A stretch of DNA of 64,000 bases. Origin: a virus. Below the pieces are notes generated by a model. It searched no databases, was not told the origin of the DNA, and saw only the letters and a program-made list of their open reading frames with translations. Each line of letters opens with the position of its first letter. Position 1 is the first letter of the stretch. Both the position numbers and the translations under genes were made by a program. The stretch is from IMG/VR virus record IMGVR_UViG_3300037296_000220, positions 38,535 through 102,534 of that record; one strand, 5' to 3'. Below, in pieces: positions 18,235 through 27,722 of the stretch.

Positions 18235-19205
18235 GCGATGCATTTTCATCCGGCCCTCTGGGCACTCAGGCTTTTGCCAAGAAAGAGAAGAAAGAGGCTC
18301 CGAAGCCTGAAGGGACCAAGCCAGTGCAAAAGGTTCAAAAGCCGTCCGATCGAACCCCCAACAACCCTACTAAGGCCCCAGTATCTACTCAAAAAGGGTC
18401 CGTTAATGGAACGCTGCTGAAGGTCGACCCCGACAAGTTGAGCGTCTGGCGCTACGCTGATCGCCCTATCGAGGAAATGGGTGACCTGGCAGAGCTTGCC
18501 TCCAACATTCGCACCGTCGGTCAGATAGCTCCGGTCGTCGCTCGCCCATTAGGCTCAGGGAAATACGAACTCGTTGCCGGGCGCCGCAGATACGAAGCCT
18601 GCAAACTTGCAGGTATTGAAGTCCTTGTTCTATCACGCGAACTTTCCGATGTGGAAGCCCTGGCTATTCAGGATTCGGAGAATGATTCACGGGACTCTAT
18701 CAGCCCTGCTGCAAAAGGTATTCACTATCGTCGACTTCTTGATGATGGGGTTTTTAACTCAGTCAACCAGATGGCTATTCGTTTTGAGAAAAACAGAACC
18801 TCTTTGATAGAGCTGCTGAGGTTCGCAGATATCCCAAAAGACCTACGTGACGCTATTGGTGACCTCTCTCAAATGTCCCAACGCATGGCTAGGTTTCTGG
18901 TTCCGTTCTGTGAATCCCATAAAAACCACCTAGAATTACTAACGCCATTCGTAGACGACCTGAGAGCAGGCAAAGCTACACCAAGAATGATTGAAGATTC
19001 AATTAACCTCCCTGGTGTCTCACTTGATGAAGGAAACACTCAGATAAAAGGCAAAAACGGTGAGGCGTACTTCACGCTGAATAGAACAAAGCAGGGAGGC
19101 CTTTCGATCAATGTGCTGAAGTCTGGTAGGAGAATCTTTAATCAGGAGGTGCTTGTGAAGGCTCTGGAAGGTTTTATCGAAGACCAGATCAAAGACAGAA
19201 CCTGA
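18231..19205 (+). CDS. parB: Partition protein ParB
   Basis: GQIAPV, AGRRRY arginine patch, ENDSR, HTH; ATGA overlap with parA. Confidence 0.92.
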   Translation: MSDAFSSGPLGTQAFAKKEKKEAPKPEGTKPVQKVQKPSDRTPNNPTKAPVSTQKGSVNGTLLKVDPDKLSVWRYADRPIEEMGDLAELASNIRTVGQIAPVVARPLGSGKYELVAGRRRYEACKLAGIEVLVLSRELSDVEALAIQDSENDSRDSISPAAKGIHYRRLLDDGVFNSVNQMAIRFEKNRTSLIELLRFADIPKDLRDAIGDLSQMSQRMARFLVPFCESHKNHLELLTPFVDDLRAGKATPRMIEDSINLPGVSLDEGNTQIKGKNGEAYFTLNRTKQGGLSINVLKSGRRIFNQEVLVKALEGFIEDQIKDRT

Positions 19206-19211
19206 TTGACC

Positions 19212-19227
19212 TGTTGGCGCGCCAACA
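19212..19227. promoter_or_regulatory. parS candidate: palindrome TGTTGGCGCGCCAACA (second copy at 17394-17409)
   Basis: Perfect 16-bp palindrome directly after parB and an identical copy within parA. Confidence 0.75.
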
Positions 19228-19243
19228 CTGGGTTTATATACAG
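19228..19243. promoter_or_regulatory. LexA (SOS) box candidate
   Basis: CTGGGTTTATATACAG (reverse complement CTGTATATAAACCCAG) matches CTG-N10-CAG with AT-rich core. Confidence 0.6.
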
Positions 19244-19466
19244 TGTTGGCGGCTTTGGGTGCCAACAGGGTTAAATTTTCGGAGCGGCGCAAGACGAAGT
19301 GGGATAACGGTATAACTACCTAGGCTAAGTCGATGTTGGGCAGAATGTCGATTCGGATAAGCTGCTGAGTGCGTCTGAGTGATCGCAGAACGAACGGGGA
19401 GGGGTAGAGTAGGGCGAGTGTACTGCCCTTGAAGCTGCGTCGCTCACAAGGGCTTACAGAGAGTCT

Positions 19467-19961
19467 TTAGTGAGTGGCTTCAAACGCCAAATCGACTGCT
19501 GATTGGTGGACATAAATCATGTCCCGAACGTCGAAGTAAGGCATCTGAATGCCGCGACGGTATTTTTTGTAGTACCCATAGACTCGCTTACCCAAACCGG
19601 GCGCCAACGCTGAGTCGCAGATATTGTAGATCGTCCCATCGGCATGCGCCAGGATCACTATGCAATCCAAACCCACGTTCAAAAGTTCTTCTTCCAGCTC
19701 AGGCGTTTCCGCGAAATCTTCAATACGATAGTCGAACCGGGTAGTGCGACCTGACAGTTCTTCCCTTAGATTTAGAAAGCCGCCGTCGGTGTCGAGTGTT
19801 GCCTGGATGGTCAATTCCCCAGCTTCCCGACGCTGACCTGACAGGTGGTCCTGCACAATGATGATCGGATGGCCTGAGTTGAACAGGAACAGAAAGCCGT
19901 TCGGATCGAAGGGTAGCTTCTGGCCAATGTCGAATGTGGTTTCTTTCATGATGATTCTCAT
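19467..19961 (-). CDS. Hypothetical protein
   Basis: 164-aa ORF convergent with parB. Confidence 0.6.
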   Translation of the reverse strand: MRIIMKETTFDIGQKLPFDPNGFLFLFNSGHPIIIVQDHLSGQRREAGELTIQATLDTDGGFLNLREELSGRTTRFDYRIEDFAETPELEEELLNVGLDCIVILAHADGTIYNICDSALAPGLGKRVYGYYKKYRRGIQMPYFDVRDMIYVHQSAVDLAFEATH

Positions 19962-20028
19962 ATTTGTCTGTTGTGGGTAGTGTCTCAGATTGCTGCATTA
20001 AAACAATACGGCAAACGGGACTACCTAC

Positions 20029-20643
20029 TCATAGCCAGGACTCAAGCAAAGTATGCTGGTCTTCAGTCAGTTCATCGAGCAGTTGGCCCACCTGGTCGAC
20101 ATAAGGCTGAAAGTCCTGGTGCGTTAACGTCTCAACCTTTTTATCCACCTGGGGCAGTGCGGCCGGCTGTTCATCCTTCAGGCGCCAGAATAGAAGAGGG
20201 CACTTGAAGTGGGGGACCGACTTCTTGATCAGCACGAAGCCCAGTTTGGTCTTGTAAGTCATGGTCGCTTCGCTGCGGGACAAAGTCAGCACCTGGTTCA
20301 TTGGGATGCGTTCGATGGCACAGTAGAGTAGGGCGCGTGCCTCAATTACATCGAGCTGTTTCAGCAGTTCAACCAATTGAAAGGTGGTGACGCGATGACG
20401 ATTGAGCCGGGGCTTCAGGATGGTAGCTTGCTGCATCTTGCCAAACAGAAAGGCGCGATCCAGTTCTTCCATTAGAGAATGAAAGGCGGTCTCAGTATCT
20501 GGGCGTCCGATGTGGTTTTCGAGCGTCTGAGTGCCCATCAACAGTATGATGGGCGTCAGTTGCTCCAGGTCTTTGTTCCAAATGGGCGTTTGTTGGTAAG
20601 CTGCAGCGGGGTAATCCGCTGCGATTAGATCCGATAGTTTCAT
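20029..20643 (-). CDS. Hypothetical protein, possibly a degenerate tyrosine-recombinase-like fold
   Basis: AGGAGG RBS; ARALLYCA....QVLTL segment resembles integrase box I without clear catalytic residues. Confidence 0.55.
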   Translation of the reverse strand: MKLSDLIAADYPAAAYQQTPIWNKDLEQLTPIILLMGTQTLENHIGRPDTETAFHSLMEELDRAFLFGKMQQATILKPRLNRHRVTTFQLVELLKQLDVIEARALLYCAIERIPMNQVLTLSRSEATMTYKTKLGFVLIKKSVPHFKCPLLFWRLKDEQPAALPQVDKKVETLTHQDFQPYVDQVGQLLDELTEDQHTLLESWL

Positions 20644-20685
20644 AAACCCTCCTTTTTGAGCAGGAGCTTATGCTATCTAGGAGGT

Positions 20686-21369
20686 TCAGTCCAATGGAAC
20701 AATGCCTACGTCGAGCAAATGGTCGTAACCCAGGGCGGCGCCTTCCTTCCTGTAAATGTGTTCGCTACCTGGTGGGACTTCAGAACTGAAGTGGTAGATC
20801 CGATTGTCGGCCCCCGTGTGTGACACGATGGGGCGGTCATCACTCGCTGTGCCCAAATGCCAACTGTACGCGAACTCCCCCTCTTGCTTAATGGCCTCCA
20901 GCAGCCGCACCGTGTCTGCTTTGGGCAGTTCGAGGGTTCGTTCACCAATCTCAATGAGTCGATCAGCCAGACGCTGCACGATCGTGTCCGGTGTCGTTCT
21001 CATGTAGATTGCGCGCCACTCAAACTTGCCCCGTCGCGCTTGCTCGATCCAGTTGTTGACCCCGGCCAGATTCAAGGCCATCACCGGCAGCTTGTTCTGC
21101 TTCCAGATTTCATGAATCTGGTCCCAGGTGACGCCATAGCTGTAGCCGTTGTGATCGTCTTCCTCCGCAAGCTGACCGGTGCGACGCATCAGATCGAAGG
21201 TGGCCTGGTCAACGAACAGGTGTTCATCGTCACTCTCGCTCCGTTTGGGTCGAGTGGTGAGCGACTGCACCTTCGCCATGTCGTTAGGCCAGGCTTCGAC
21301 CAGAATGTTGATCAGCGTAGACTTGCCGGACCCCGAAGGGCCGGCAACCATGAGAATGGCTTTGATCAT
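20686..21369 (-). CDS. Guanylate kinase-like protein
   Basis: GPSGSGKST, SLTTRPKR, HLFV, YSYG motifs. Confidence 0.85.
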   Translation of the reverse strand: MIKAILMVAGPSGSGKSTLINILVEAWPNDMAKVQSLTTRPKRSESDDEHLFVDQATFDLMRRTGQLAEEDDHNGYSYGVTWDQIHEIWKQNKLPVMALNLAGVNNWIEQARRGKFEWRAIYMRTTPDTIVQRLADRLIEIGERTLELPKADTVRLLEAIKQEGEFAYSWHLGTASDDRPIVSHTGADNRIYHFSSEVPPGSEHIYRKEGAALGYDHLLDVGIVPLD

Positions 21370-22721
21370 ACGCCCACTCCATCTTCAGGACGTTTCTCGT
21401 CTACGGCATAGGGGCCTGAGCGAAAGCGGCTGAAACGGGGGTGACGCAAACTGCCATCAGGGGTCTCTTCATGAAATTCGACCTCAATCAGCCAACCTTT
21501 GCATCCATCCGGGTCACCTAGATTGAAATAGCCGCGTATCTGATCGGTTAAGCCAGAGACTTTGACAGCAACCCCTTTGTAATCGACAACGACTGCGCCG
21601 ACCAGGCCCACGTTTTTACCGGTGCCCTCCTCAAGGCCAATGATGGGCACGTCCACCGTCTGGCGGTCTTTAATCTTCAACCAGTCAGTTGTGCGTTTAT
21701 TGTGCCACTTGCCAGCCAAAGGCTTGATGATCACCCCTTCACCACCGCGATTGCGAACAGACTGGTAGATGCCTTCAATCTCAGCCGGGTTGCTGCACAG
21801 GTAGCGCTGAGCTACTGAGATATTGGCACAGGCGGTGGGCGCTTTCGGATCGAACAGGCCTTGCAGGCGTTTGCGACGCTGAACGTAATCTCCTTTGGTG
21901 GCGCCAGCTTTCATTTCAGCTTCGGTGATGATGTCGAACGCCTGGAAGAACACCTTGTCGGTGGAGTCCTTGCGATGCACAGCGCCCACTACCGTATTGA
22001 AGTTGTCGGAGGTCAGTTCGCCATCGAGGTAGAAGGATGAATTGAAGGTGTGACCCTTCAACTGCTCGATCACTTCAGTACCGGCGTTCAACGGCTTGCC
22101 GGTACGACTGTAGAAAATGGCATCAACGTCAGGCTGAATGTGAATCAGACAGCGCACACCGTCGAACTTCTCTTCAACTGCTACGGGGTATCCCTTGATC
22201 TTGTGGCCGTGTTTCTCATACGACTGAGCAAGCTGCACCGTGAAGTCGTCAAACAGCCCTGGGAACGCTTTGAGCGTCGATGAACGGTTGACCCCGATGC
22301 GCAGGTCGCGAGACAGAACCCGGCGCACTACGTCCCAGATCGGCTTTGACTCCTGATACTGAGTGAGTGACACAGCCAGTGTCTTGACGGCCATTGTAGC
22401 GGCGCCACCGGTCAGGCGACGTTCTTCAAGGTGACCAAGCAGCTCCAGAATTTCGTCCGCTTCCAGATCCGGGTCCGGGTCCACGTCAACCAGGTCGGCT
22501 TCAGACCATTCAAGCTGACGGATGTAGTAGTTGCGAAAGGGGTTGTACGTCAGGTCAAAGACGATCCGCAACAGATCGTCTTCCTGATGCTGGCTCAGCA
22601 GCGCGACCTTCTGTTTGCCTGTGGCTTCAGCCACCTGGTCGAGTATCGCGTGAACACGCTTCCAGTCGGAAAAGCCAAAGGTGAGAGCCAGGCTTATAGG
22701 TGCAGTTTCTTGTACGGTCAT
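21366..22721 (-). CDS. ATP-dependent DNA ligase
   Basis: EEKFDGVR, LDGEL, AFD, EGVIIK, WLKIK, SLRHPRF. Confidence 0.95.
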   Translation of the reverse strand: MTVQETAPISLALTFGFSDWKRVHAILDQVAEATGKQKVALLSQHQEDDLLRIVFDLTYNPFRNYYIRQLEWSEADLVDVDPDPDLEADEILELLGHLEERRLTGGAATMAVKTLAVSLTQYQESKPIWDVVRRVLSRDLRIGVNRSSTLKAFPGLFDDFTVQLAQSYEKHGHKIKGYPVAVEEKFDGVRCLIHIQPDVDAIFYSRTGKPLNAGTEVIEQLKGHTFNSSFYLDGELTSDNFNTVVGAVHRKDSTDKVFFQAFDIITEAEMKAGATKGDYVQRRKRLQGLFDPKAPTACANISVAQRYLCSNPAEIEGIYQSVRNRGGEGVIIKPLAGKWHNKRTTDWLKIKDRQTVDVPIIGLEEGTGKNVGLVGAVVVDYKGVAVKVSGLTDQIRGYFNLGDPDGCKGWLIEVEFHEETPDGSLRHPRFSRFRSGPYAVDEKRPEDGVGV

Positions 22722-22730
22722 GAGTGATTC

Positions 22731-23216
22731 CTACAGTTGGGTAGCTTCAATGATTTGAGCCGGGTTGAATTGAGTCAGTTCTGACTTCTTGTCAGTCTTG
22801 GTTGTTTGTTTGTTTTGAGTGGGTTTAGTCGGCTTAGAGCCGCTGATGAACGGCTTGGCATTCCAGCCACGCTGATACCCTTCGGACTGGGTGTCGACGT
22901 TGCGACGGTCCTCTTCCAAACGTTTGTCTTCCAGGGTAGGTCGGGCCTGAGCTTCGACATGCACATAGGGCACATAGTAGAGAGCCTTGCCCGCTTTTTT
23001 CTCTTCCCGAAGCATGCCTATGGCAGGGCATGACCGGTCTTTGATGCAGCCCTGGCAATCCTTAAAGCGATCCGGGCCCAGCAAAGTCTCTCCGTTGACG
23101 GTTTTGCGCAGGCTGAGGCTGATTACATTCAGGCAGACTGCATAGGCGGCGCCCGGTCGTTTGGTTGGTTCGCAGTTGATGCGGTGTGTGTTGTCCGCGC
23201 TTTTACTTAGGTGCAT
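22731..23216 (-). CDS. Cys-rich hypothetical protein
   Basis: C...YAVC...C..C....CPA pattern; in operon. Confidence 0.65.
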   Translation of the reverse strand: MHLSKSADNTHRINCEPTKRPGAAYAVCLNVISLSLRKTVNGETLLGPDRFKDCQGCIKDRSCPAIGMLREEKKAGKALYYVPYVHVEAQARPTLEDKRLEEDRRNVDTQSEGYQRGWNAKPFISGSKPTKPTQNKQTTKTDKKSELTQFNPAQIIEATQL

Positions 23217-23749
23217 CAGAAAATCCCCCAGTTGTTATAGGTTGGTTGTGGTGTGACTTCCCCTGGCAACTTTCGCTTGGGTGCGGTCGGTTGGATGTAG
23301 CATTCGCTAATTACTTTTATAAAATTCACCTTGTAGCGGGATGGCAACTCGTAAGAATGCTTAGTGGCAAAAGCCTTACCAAACATAGAGAGTTCACTCA
23401 GGCCATCGCCGCGCCATTTATTGGAAGTATCTTTCTCATGAGGTATAGCCAGATGAAGAACCCTCCAGGCCCAGTCTATAAATGACGACTCTTCTACCTT
23501 ACGAGTTGCCACCGGTGATTCATTAAAGCCGTAACGAGTAGCCAAATTGCGACGCAGCGTAAACAGGTCATGGGGCATGTCTCTGCGACCCACGCCAATC
23601 AGCTCAGTTATGCCGTCCTCGCGTCTAAGTAGTTCCATGTAAAAGGACTCCTTGACACCTGGCTCTGCGTTCAGTTTCTCACCTGCGGCCTGAACATAGC
23701 GAAATCCCCCTTTTTGAAACACGCAGTAGTTGCCCGAGTACAGAGCCAT
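23216..23749 (-). CDS. Hypothetical protein ending in YNNWGIF
   Basis: 177-aa ORF coupled to neighbours by TGATG overlaps. Confidence 0.65.
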   Translation of the reverse strand: MALYSGNYCVFQKGGFRYVQAAGEKLNAEPGVKESFYMELLRREDGITELIGVGRRDMPHDLFTLRRNLATRYGFNESPVATRKVEESSFIDWAWRVLHLAIPHEKDTSNKWRGDGLSELSMFGKAFATKHSYELPSRYKVNFIKVISECYIQPTAPKRKLPGEVTPQPTYNNWGIF

Positions 23750-24240
23750 CAGAACATACCCCAGTCGCTGTATTTTTCCGAAGGCCGTTTGGGTATCGGG
23801 TCGTTGTTGACGATGAATCCTTCAGGTGGTTCAACGCTATCGTCTTGGTGGAAGGCGCCATTCCCTAAAATGACACCATTGCGAAACTGTTGTTCAACCT
23901 TTCTAAGGATGTCGTCGCTCGCGGCAAATCTTGTGGTATTGAACAGAAGCGCGTTCACCACTGGCCTAATGTCAGTATCGAAAACGTTGTCAGTATCGAC
24001 AATGTGATAGCCCTTTTTCCGCTTTTTCTCGATGATTCTTTCAGCTTCAGCCAGGTTGTCCAAATTCCAGGCGGCAACTATTCGCTGAGTTACGGGCGAC
24101 TTGCCATTGCGACCAGAGAAACAAACGCTCAACGACTTGTCTTTGCCCTCCATCGTGATGTTGGTCACGACGTAATACTTGTCAGAGCTACCTTCGGTGC
24201 AATTTAGCAAAGTGCTATGTGCCTGAATCTTCTTGGTCAT
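23749..24240 (-). CDS. WGR-domain-like protein ending in YSDWGMF
   Basis: EGSSDKYY...SGRNG...EKKRKKGY pattern typical of WGR domains. Confidence 0.7.
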   Translation of the reverse strand: MTKKIQAHSTLLNCTEGSSDKYYVVTNITMEGKDKSLSVCFSGRNGKSPVTQRIVAAWNLDNLAEAERIIEKKRKKGYHIVDTDNVFDTDIRPVVNALLFNTTRFAASDDILRKVEQQFRNGVILGNGAFHQDDSVEPPEGFIVNNDPIPKRPSEKYSDWGMF

Positions 24241-24310
24241 GATGTTCTCGCTTTCTTAAGTCTATGTTACATATTTTACGCTAAACGTTCTGAATGTCAC
24301 TGAAGGGACG

Positions 24311-25405
24311 CTATCTACCGCGCCCTGACCGCATCAGTTTGTCGCGCAGATTTGAGGCTTTGGTGGCACTGCGCGCCCCATCGTAAGCGGCCTGTATCTG
24401 AGCAGCGGTGGCATCACCCGGGTCGGTCCCTGGTGGTAAAGTCGCACTCTGCACTTCAATGCCTACTCGGGAGCGGATCAGTAGCGCCATTTCATTCATC
24501 TGGATCTGGGTCTTCTCGTCGCTGTCCCACATCATCACCAGTTTGCGGAGACCCAGGGCCTTGAGTTGAATCAATACCCCAAGCTGATCGTTGTCTTCCC
24601 GGGTCTCGTTGCCTGATAAGTGCTTGCCGAAAGAGGCCACTGCCTTAATCTCAGTGCGGCTCGCAACACCCAGCCAGTCGGTCGCGCCCTCAACTAGGGC
24701 AATCTCGGGCTCTCCCACAATCCGATCGGCGTTGTAGAGGTAGCGGCCTGAACCCGAGAGTCCCGGCGGGAAGCGGTAACGTTCACCCTCTGCAACCTCG
24801 CCGCTGATGTCCCGGCCCTGGAAGGTCATCAACTTGCCCTCCAGGTTCCGCACCGGTATCACGATGCGCTGGCTGTAGTCCTGGTACATGTCCCGCTTGT
24901 GAAACTGATAGTCGTAACCCCCGTTCTCGCAGTAATACCAGCCCGCATCGTGGGCAACGCGCAAGTCATAGCCGCGACTGACCAGGTACTGAGCCGCCCC
25001 GTAGTGCGTCAGTATCGAGACACCTTCGGGCAGTGCGACTTCGTCATCCTGGTAGCCCAGCTCTTTCTTCTTGGCGAGTTGGTCGCCGTAAATCAGAGCC
25101 AGGTCTTTAAGCTCATGGAAGAAACTGCTGGTCCGCTTGCCGTCTTTACCCAAGTGGTTGAACGCAAAGGAGAATTTGTTGAAACCAGGCTCGCCCTGGC
25201 AAGAGCCGTGAAAGCAGTTGCCCAGACCGGTTTCGGCGTTTAGATACACCTTGCCCCAACCCTCGCCGCCGCAACGTGGGCATCGAAATACCTGGAGCTG
25301 AACCCCTTTGGAGCCCAGCGATTCGCGGTAGTCGACACCCAGCTCTGCCAAGATCGTCTCGGGCGGCAAGGTGTCGAGCAGGCGAGTGAGTTGGCCGTCG
25401 CGCAT
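24311..25405 (-). CDS. DNA primase (Zn ribbon + TOPRIM)
   Basis: CPRC..CFHGSC, FQGR, LVEG.TD, WDSD, DPGD. Confidence 0.88.
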   Translation of the reverse strand: MRDGQLTRLLDTLPPETILAELGVDYRESLGSKGVQLQVFRCPRCGGEGWGKVYLNAETGLGNCFHGSCQGEPGFNKFSFAFNHLGKDGKRTSSFFHELKDLALIYGDQLAKKKELGYQDDEVALPEGVSILTHYGAAQYLVSRGYDLRVAHDAGWYYCENGGYDYQFHKRDMYQDYSQRIVIPVRNLEGKLMTFQGRDISGEVAEGERYRFPPGLSGSGRYLYNADRIVGEPEIALVEGATDWLGVASRTEIKAVASFGKHLSGNETREDNDQLGVLIQLKALGLRKLVMMWDSDEKTQIQMNEMALLIRSRVGIEVQSATLPPGTDPGDATAAQIQAAYDGARSATKASNLRDKLMRSGRGR

Positions 25406-26772
25406 CAGTTGATGGCCAGAATTTGTTCGATGAAGTTCATGGACTCGATGTTCTGCTTGATCGTGATCGAGACCTCGCCAGCCTGGTTACGCGAAGCGGC
25501 CAGGAACAGTCGGGCCTGGTTGCGTTTGCGCTCCTGCTCCGTTCGGTTGATGGAGATCATGATGTCGGCGATACGCACCTTGTTGAAATCTTCAGCCACA
25601 TCGGTGTCTTTGGTGGTCTCCGCTTTAGCGCCGTCCCGGTTAGCCTGGGTCGCGGTCAGCATGGCCAGGTTGTACTCCTGAGCGATGGAGCGCAGCCCGA
25701 TCCAGATGCTTTTACTGTTTTCGATGGCGTCATTGGTCTTCTCGTCCGGGGCCATGATGTCAGCGTAGTCGGGCACGACCATGTCGTAGGTGATGCCTTT
25801 AGCCATCTGCTTGTCGAGAATCCGTCGCAATTGCATGGGCTTGAAGGAGCCAGTCGGCACTTCGAGAATGTCAATTCGACCCACTTTACCCGCGATGCCG
25901 CGTGACTCGACCTTGCGGTGCACATCATTGATCCGGGTGCGTATTTCGTCCATCGTCAGTCCGCTGACGTTCGCATCCATACGATCAGCAACGATTGACC
26001 CTGCGACTTCAGCAGTGACGTAAAAGACGTTGAAGCCAGCCAGAGAGGCCAGTATCGAGAAATGGATAAGAGCGGTCGACTTACCCCGCTTCGCAGCCCC
26101 CAAAAACACTGACAGCTCTTTACGGCCCCAACCTTTGTGGTACAGCAGGTTATCGAGCTGCTTAATGCCTGTCGTGATGCCCTGCGGCTTGATCAGCCCG
26201 GACGCTACGTCTTTACGAACATTGGTGCGTTGCTCGACCGTGCTCCAGTATTCAACGATGTCGTCTGTGTCCACGTCGACACCGGTGCGAAAGGCCTGCT
26301 CCATCTTCTTCTTGATGTCTTCAAAACGATGTTGTTGCAGCAGGTCGACACACTCAATCATCGTCTCTTGAATGGCCTGATGTAGAGAGAACTTACTGAT
26401 TTCGTCCTCAACGTGACGCTGACCAGCCAGATTCTCCTTGTGAATCAGTTTGAACTGCGTGAACACGTCGGCCTTCACGTCAGATCGGATCATGTTGCTA
26501 GCTATGGCGTCCTTTAGCAGTTGTGACCAGACGCTTACGCTCGATGGCACGGTGTTGTATTTGGTGAAGTGATCAACCGCCAGCTTAATCAGAATCCGGG
26601 TGCTCAGCGTGTCGAACAGCTCCGGTTGAATCAGATCGATGGTGCGCCGTGCGAACGATTCATCACGCATAAAGTGTGCAGCGATCTTGGTCTGAAACGC
26701 TTCATCAAAGTCGAAGGTTACGGGCGGCATACTGGGAGTAGCTGCGGCGCTTGGGGCAGTCTGTGTGGTCAC
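25405..26772 (-). CDS. dnaB: DnaB-like replicative helicase (probable GTG start)
   Basis: ITTG..QLD, GAAKRGKS, DYADIM, TATQANR, VAED. Confidence 0.9.
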   Translation of the reverse strand: MTTQTAPSAAATPSMPPVTFDFDEAFQTKIAAHFMRDESFARRTIDLIQPELFDTLSTRILIKLAVDHFTKYNTVPSSVSVWSQLLKDAIASNMIRSDVKADVFTQFKLIHKENLAGQRHVEDEISKFSLHQAIQETMIECVDLLQQHRFEDIKKKMEQAFRTGVDVDTDDIVEYWSTVEQRTNVRKDVASGLIKPQGITTGIKQLDNLLYHKGWGRKELSVFLGAAKRGKSTALIHFSILASLAGFNVFYVTAEVAGSIVADRMDANVSGLTMDEIRTRINDVHRKVESRGIAGKVGRIDILEVPTGSFKPMQLRRILDKQMAKGITYDMVVPDYADIMAPDEKTNDAIENSKSIWIGLRSIAQEYNLAMLTATQANRDGAKAETTKDTDVAEDFNKVRIADIMISINRTEQERKRNQARLFLAASRNQAGEVSITIKQNIESMNFIEQILAIN

Positions 26773-26826
26773 TCTGGATAACTCCAACTTAGTTGTCTGT
26801 GTGTTTTAGAATCATAGCGCAAGCGT

Positions 26827-27528
26827 TCAAACAAAAAACTGTTGGGCTCTCGCAAACAGTCTGTTGCCGTCTGGTAATGCGTTTTTGAGTATGGCTTCGG
26901 GGATGTATCGATTCTGTAGGTAGAAGGCAGCGCTGATGTGAGCCATCGAGGAATCTTTGATGATCTTCAGAATGTGCCGGAAGTGCTGCAACTGGTAGGG
27001 GTGGCCAACAAAGGCGTCGGTGCGAAAGAACTCGGCGTGCGATATGTGAGCGGACTCTTCCTTGCGATCCAACCACTTCATGACGATGTACTCGACCATC
27101 GTGTGATCTTCTTCAAACCGGGTCTCGCTGTACAAGTGCATCGGCTGGGGCAGAAATTCCCAGTTGCGCTTGCGTGCGTATTCAAAGGCTAGATCGCAAA
27201 AGTCCTGGTAAGGCATACCATATTCATCGGCTAAGCGACGCGCTTTCCAGATGCCCGTCCGTTCGCGAGCAGGGAGGTCTTGCCAGAAAGGAGCCTTGAG
27301 TACACGCATGCCTTCGGCTTTACCCTTGTCCTGGCGTGCAGCAACGGATTCACGATAGACTTTATCGTAGGCTTCCATGAAGACCTGACACGCTTGAACC
27401 GGGTGCAACAGCTTGTAATCAAACCACTTGCTCTGATACAGATCGGACTCTTGTTTGCGGTGCTTGGGCGCAACAAACTGAAGAACGAATGTATCTAGCT
27501 CCGGGGTATCAAGGGACAGTGGATTCAT
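26827..27528 (-). CDS. Hypothetical protein upstream of the helicase (possible loader)
   Basis: 233-aa ORF; function inferred from position only. Confidence 0.65.
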   Translation of the reverse strand: MNPLSLDTPELDTFVLQFVAPKHRKQESDLYQSKWFDYKLLHPVQACQVFMEAYDKVYRESVAARQDKGKAEGMRVLKAPFWQDLPARERTGIWKARRLADEYGMPYQDFCDLAFEYARKRNWEFLPQPMHLYSETRFEEDHTMVEYIVMKWLDRKEESAHISHAEFFRTDAFVGHPYQLQHFRHILKIIKDSSMAHISAAFYLQNRYIPEAILKNALPDGNRLFARAQQFFV

Positions 27529-27612
27529 CAGGGCTCGGATTAGTTAGTTGTTTGTGTGAATTGAATTGTGACACAACAACTTATGGGATAGCAACTCAGA
27601 CGTTTGCTTATG

Positions 27613-27699
27613 CCTGCGACTCACAGTCTTTTAATGTTTTTATTCTTTTAATGTATTTAGTGTTTATAAGTAATGTGACTGATCGGACATCGACGTAGT
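27613..27699. repeat. AT-rich element with inverted-repeat ends, copy A
   Basis: CCTGCGACTCACA - 48-bp AT core - TGTGACT ... ATCGACGTAGT; homologous to 61207-61300. Confidence 0.7.
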
Positions 27700-27722
27700 C
27701 GTCAATGCCCGGTTCCAGAGGG

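Noticed and set aside
22800-22816. GTTGTTTGTTTG partial motif match
   Set aside because: Inside a coding region, lacks the TAAG part, and is explained by Q/N/K/T codons
27621-27678. TCACA/TGTGA as a CRP site
   Set aside because: Half-sites are in reversed order and ~50 bp apart rather than TGTGA-N6-TCACA
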